Of a DNA stretch of 64,000 nucleotides, positions 62,073 through 64,000 are shown piece by piece. A model generated the notes under the pieces. That model was not told where the DNA came from. It did no database searches and saw nothing but the letters and a program-made list of their open reading frames with translations. Source of the DNA: a bacterium (lineage in GTDB: Bacteria; Verrucomicrobiota; Kiritimatiellia; CAIKKV01; CAIYGI01). Position 1 is the first letter of the stretch. Every line of letters begins with the position of its first letter. Both the position numbers and the translations under genes were made by a program. The stretch spans positions 2,574 to 66,573 of the forward strand of contig JANYBP010000032.1 in NCBI GenBank assembly GCA_025360745.1. Reading direction: 5' to 3'.

Positions 62073-62365
62073 TTATTCCCCGTACATATTGACACCAAGC
62101 CCCATGTACGCCCAAAAGGCCATGAACGTGATCGCTGCCGCGCAGGTTGTTGCCAACGCAAACCGGACCCTGGTTCGCATAGGTTTGGACCATGCATTCC
62201 ACATGATTACTCCATTCGCGATAAAAACGCCCAGTGCCGGCGCCAGAAATACTACCAGATCGGAATCCAGCAAGGGGTTTCGGGTGATCACTCTGCCCCG
62301 ATAAAGCAGAAAGCCAATTATGCCGTATGACACGTTTGCCAATATCGTGACGAGTGTCGTTCTCA
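62073..62365 (-). CDS. Hypothetical small membrane protein (3 TM)
   Basis: About 97 aa from MRTTLVTILANVSYGIIGFLLY. Confidence 0.3.
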
Positions 62366-62610
62366 TTTCGTTACATCCGGCCAACGTCACGGTGCAGGTT
62401 CGCGAGCTTGCGAGCGTAACCTGCCACCGTTGGTGTGCGCCCATCATGGGCGCGTTGTAAATGGGGTGCAAGTCCCCTGCAGGAGGAACCGCACATGAAA
62501 GTGTGAAAGAACTACTACTTGAAGCCAACTCCGGCATGATAACCGGTCGGGGGGAGGAAGGCTAGAGGAAACCGGCGGGCTGACGAACAGAAACCGCATT
62601 CAAACGACGG

Positions 62611-63002
62611 GTGCGAGAAATCACCCGGCGCAACCGGGGACATCGGGTGGGGGACGTCATCCACGAACTCCTCCAGTACGTCACCGGCTGCCTCCACTGC
62701 TTCGGGATCGGCCACACCTATACGGCGTTGCTGGGACTGGACGAATGGCCGCGGCGAAGAGTGCGGCTTTACTACTGGAAGCAATGGAAACGGCCCCGGA
62801 CTCGCCGACGCCATCTCCTCGCCTTGGGGATTCCCCGCGAGGAGGTTCACATGGCCACGCGAAGCGTAAGGGGTGCTGGCGGATGAGTGCCAACAGCATT
62901 CTCCAGCGTGCCCTGACCAACCACTGGCTGCACGAACAAGGCGTTCCCGACATGCGCACGTTATGGATTACTCTTCACTACGGGCCGAAAGCCCGTGTCT
63001 GA
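62611..63002 (+). pseudogene. Group II intron-encoded reverse transcriptase/maturase, C-terminal (domain X/maturase) fragment, frameshifted
   Basis: ...LDEWPRRRVRLYYWKQWKRPRTRRRHLLALGIPREE matches the conserved maturase C-terminus (LDEWIRRRLRMCYWKQWK..R..NL..LGI). The continuation WRMSANSILQRALTNHWLHEQGVPDMRTLWITLHY is in the +1 frame. No RT domains are found upstream. Confidence 0.6.
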
Positions 63003-63004
63003 CC

Positions 63005-63045
63005 GGAACCGCCGTATGCCGACCGGCACGTGCGGTGGTGTGGCG
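63005..63045 (+). ncRNA. Group II intron domain V-like hairpin (CGC catalytic triad variant, IIC-like), directly 3' of the maturase remnant
   Basis: CCGCCGUAUGCCG-ACC-GGCACGUGCGGUGG. The 5' strand GCCGUAUG and the 3' strand CACGU.CGGU with a 2-nt bulge match the DV consensus GAGCCGUAUG...CACGUACGGUUC. Confidence 0.4.
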
Positions 63046-63095
63046 CCGGTGGCTGGCTGATAACCTCAGTCAGTCACCGGGAGCCGATTGTGCTC

Positions 63096-63665
63096 CTATT
63101 CGATACCTTTGCCATCCTCCAGCGACTTCACATAGCATTCGAGGTTGCCGGCGATCTTGTCAAATACCTGCGGGAGAAACTGGGCGATATCGTCCATGTC
63201 AGGATCATCGCCAAGCGGTCCGCCGTGGTAGTTCTGCATATGGCGGAGTATGTCTTCCCGTTCCGTCCTGGGGAGTGTCTTGAAAGGGTCTTGCACGGCA
63301 TGGTTGTGAAAGTCGGAGAGGTGGATGAATGCGCAGCCGAACTTGTACACAGAGAGCGTCCACCCTTGCAGATGTTGAGCAAGTTCGACCATCTCACGAT
63401 CCGTAACCTTGCGCGTCTTCCCATTGCCGGTTGTCGTTGTCCATTTCTGGCCCGTTAATGTGGCGTGTATGAGGCGCTCGCGCTCGCCCTTGTCTTGAAC
63501 TACCAGGAGCCAGATCGCGCGAACCATCGAATCAAGTTCCTGTCGAAGAATTGACATAGCCGGACTCAATGTGGCGCGACCAGAGCCGATGCGACTCATC
63601 GCAATTCGGTTCTCGCCTGATCGCTGTCGAACGGCGTCACAGAAGGTTTCCGTTTCGGTCTTCAT
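63096..63665 (-). CDS. Hypothetical protein
   Basis: 189 aa ORF with coding-like composition and no recognisable motif. It converges on the intron remnant. Confidence 0.4.
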   Translation of the reverse strand: MKTETETFCDAVRQRSGENRIAMSRIGSGRATLSPAMSILRQELDSMVRAIWLLVVQDKGERERLIHATLTGQKWTTTTGNGKTRKVTDREMVELAQHLQGWTLSVYKFGCAFIHLSDFHNHAVQDPFKTLPRTEREDILRHMQNYHGGPLGDDPDMDDIAQFLPQVFDKIAGNLECYVKSLEDGKGIE

Positions 63666-64000
63666 AATCTCTCAGCACAACGCCCCGGCGAACCGGCGGC
63701 GCGCAAGGCGACGCGCGAACTGTCACGTCCTGATTTGCGTTTGACACTTTTTCGTTGTTAATAAACATGTTCTTCACAACACACAGCAAGGCGGATTGTC
63801 ACAGGCGAGGCCCCCATCGGGGGCCGTTGCCTGGCGGCGAGAGATTGCGGATGGTGCATACCTCGGCCCGGCGTCTCTGCACGGAGCCCGTCCCCGAAGG
63901 GGTGGCCCGAAGGGCCAAGGGCGGAGAGCAGAGGCGCCGGGCCGAGGTTCAGGTCTGCTGTTCATGCTGCCTCCGCATGGACGTCGGCCGGAAACCGGTA

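Noticed and set aside
63774-63965. 63-aa minus-strand ORF as a confident CDS
   Set aside because: It is in a GC-rich, Pro/Arg-rich frame near the window end. It is kept only as a low-interest observation.

Overview
This is a high-GC (roughly 60-65%) bacterial chromosomal segment, densely coding on both strands, with several lower-GC islands that look horizontally acquired. Taxon is not assignable from sequence alone. All calls below rest on translated-ORF motifs and local context only; no database searches were run.

Contents in order:
- A Type I R-M locus carrying hsdM and hsdS but no hsdR in the window. An AlbA_2/Schlafen-HATPase gene sits between M and S. An unknown, membrane-anchored gene is translationally coupled downstream of hsdS.
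- UDP-glucuronate decarboxylase plus a GH78 alpha-L-rhamnosidase.
- NUDIX, folC and an AI-2E transporter.
- A seven-gene plus-strand cluster of membrane proteins that ends in an exosortase-like protein and a large VIT-domain protein with a C-terminal anchor.
- A small nucleotidyltransferase, a DEAD-box helicase, and pilT.
- Lipid A genes lpxI and lpxB with a Gfo/Idh/MocA oxidoreductase between them.
- A small island holding a four-helix-bundle pseudogene and a RES-Xre toxin-antitoxin pair.
- An ETF-ubiquinone oxidoreductase, then an 11-subunit complex I-like operon (nuoABCDHIJKLMN) that lacks nuoEFG but carries an extra MrpD-like antiporter subunit.
- lepB, a J-domain protein, and a CooT/CooJ-like pair.
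- An NAD-type formate dehydrogenase operon (fdsGBA, fdhD, and a ferritin-like gene).
- A low-GC defence island: four unknown secreted or membrane genes, a Dcm-type methyltransferase with an endonuclease and Vsr, and a BsuBI/PstI-like R-M system.
- A 3' remnant of a group II intron.

Non-genic features of note: a two-copy MITE-like palindromic element, a shared 28-nt hairpin motif, and heptanucleotide tandem arrays upstream of two genes.
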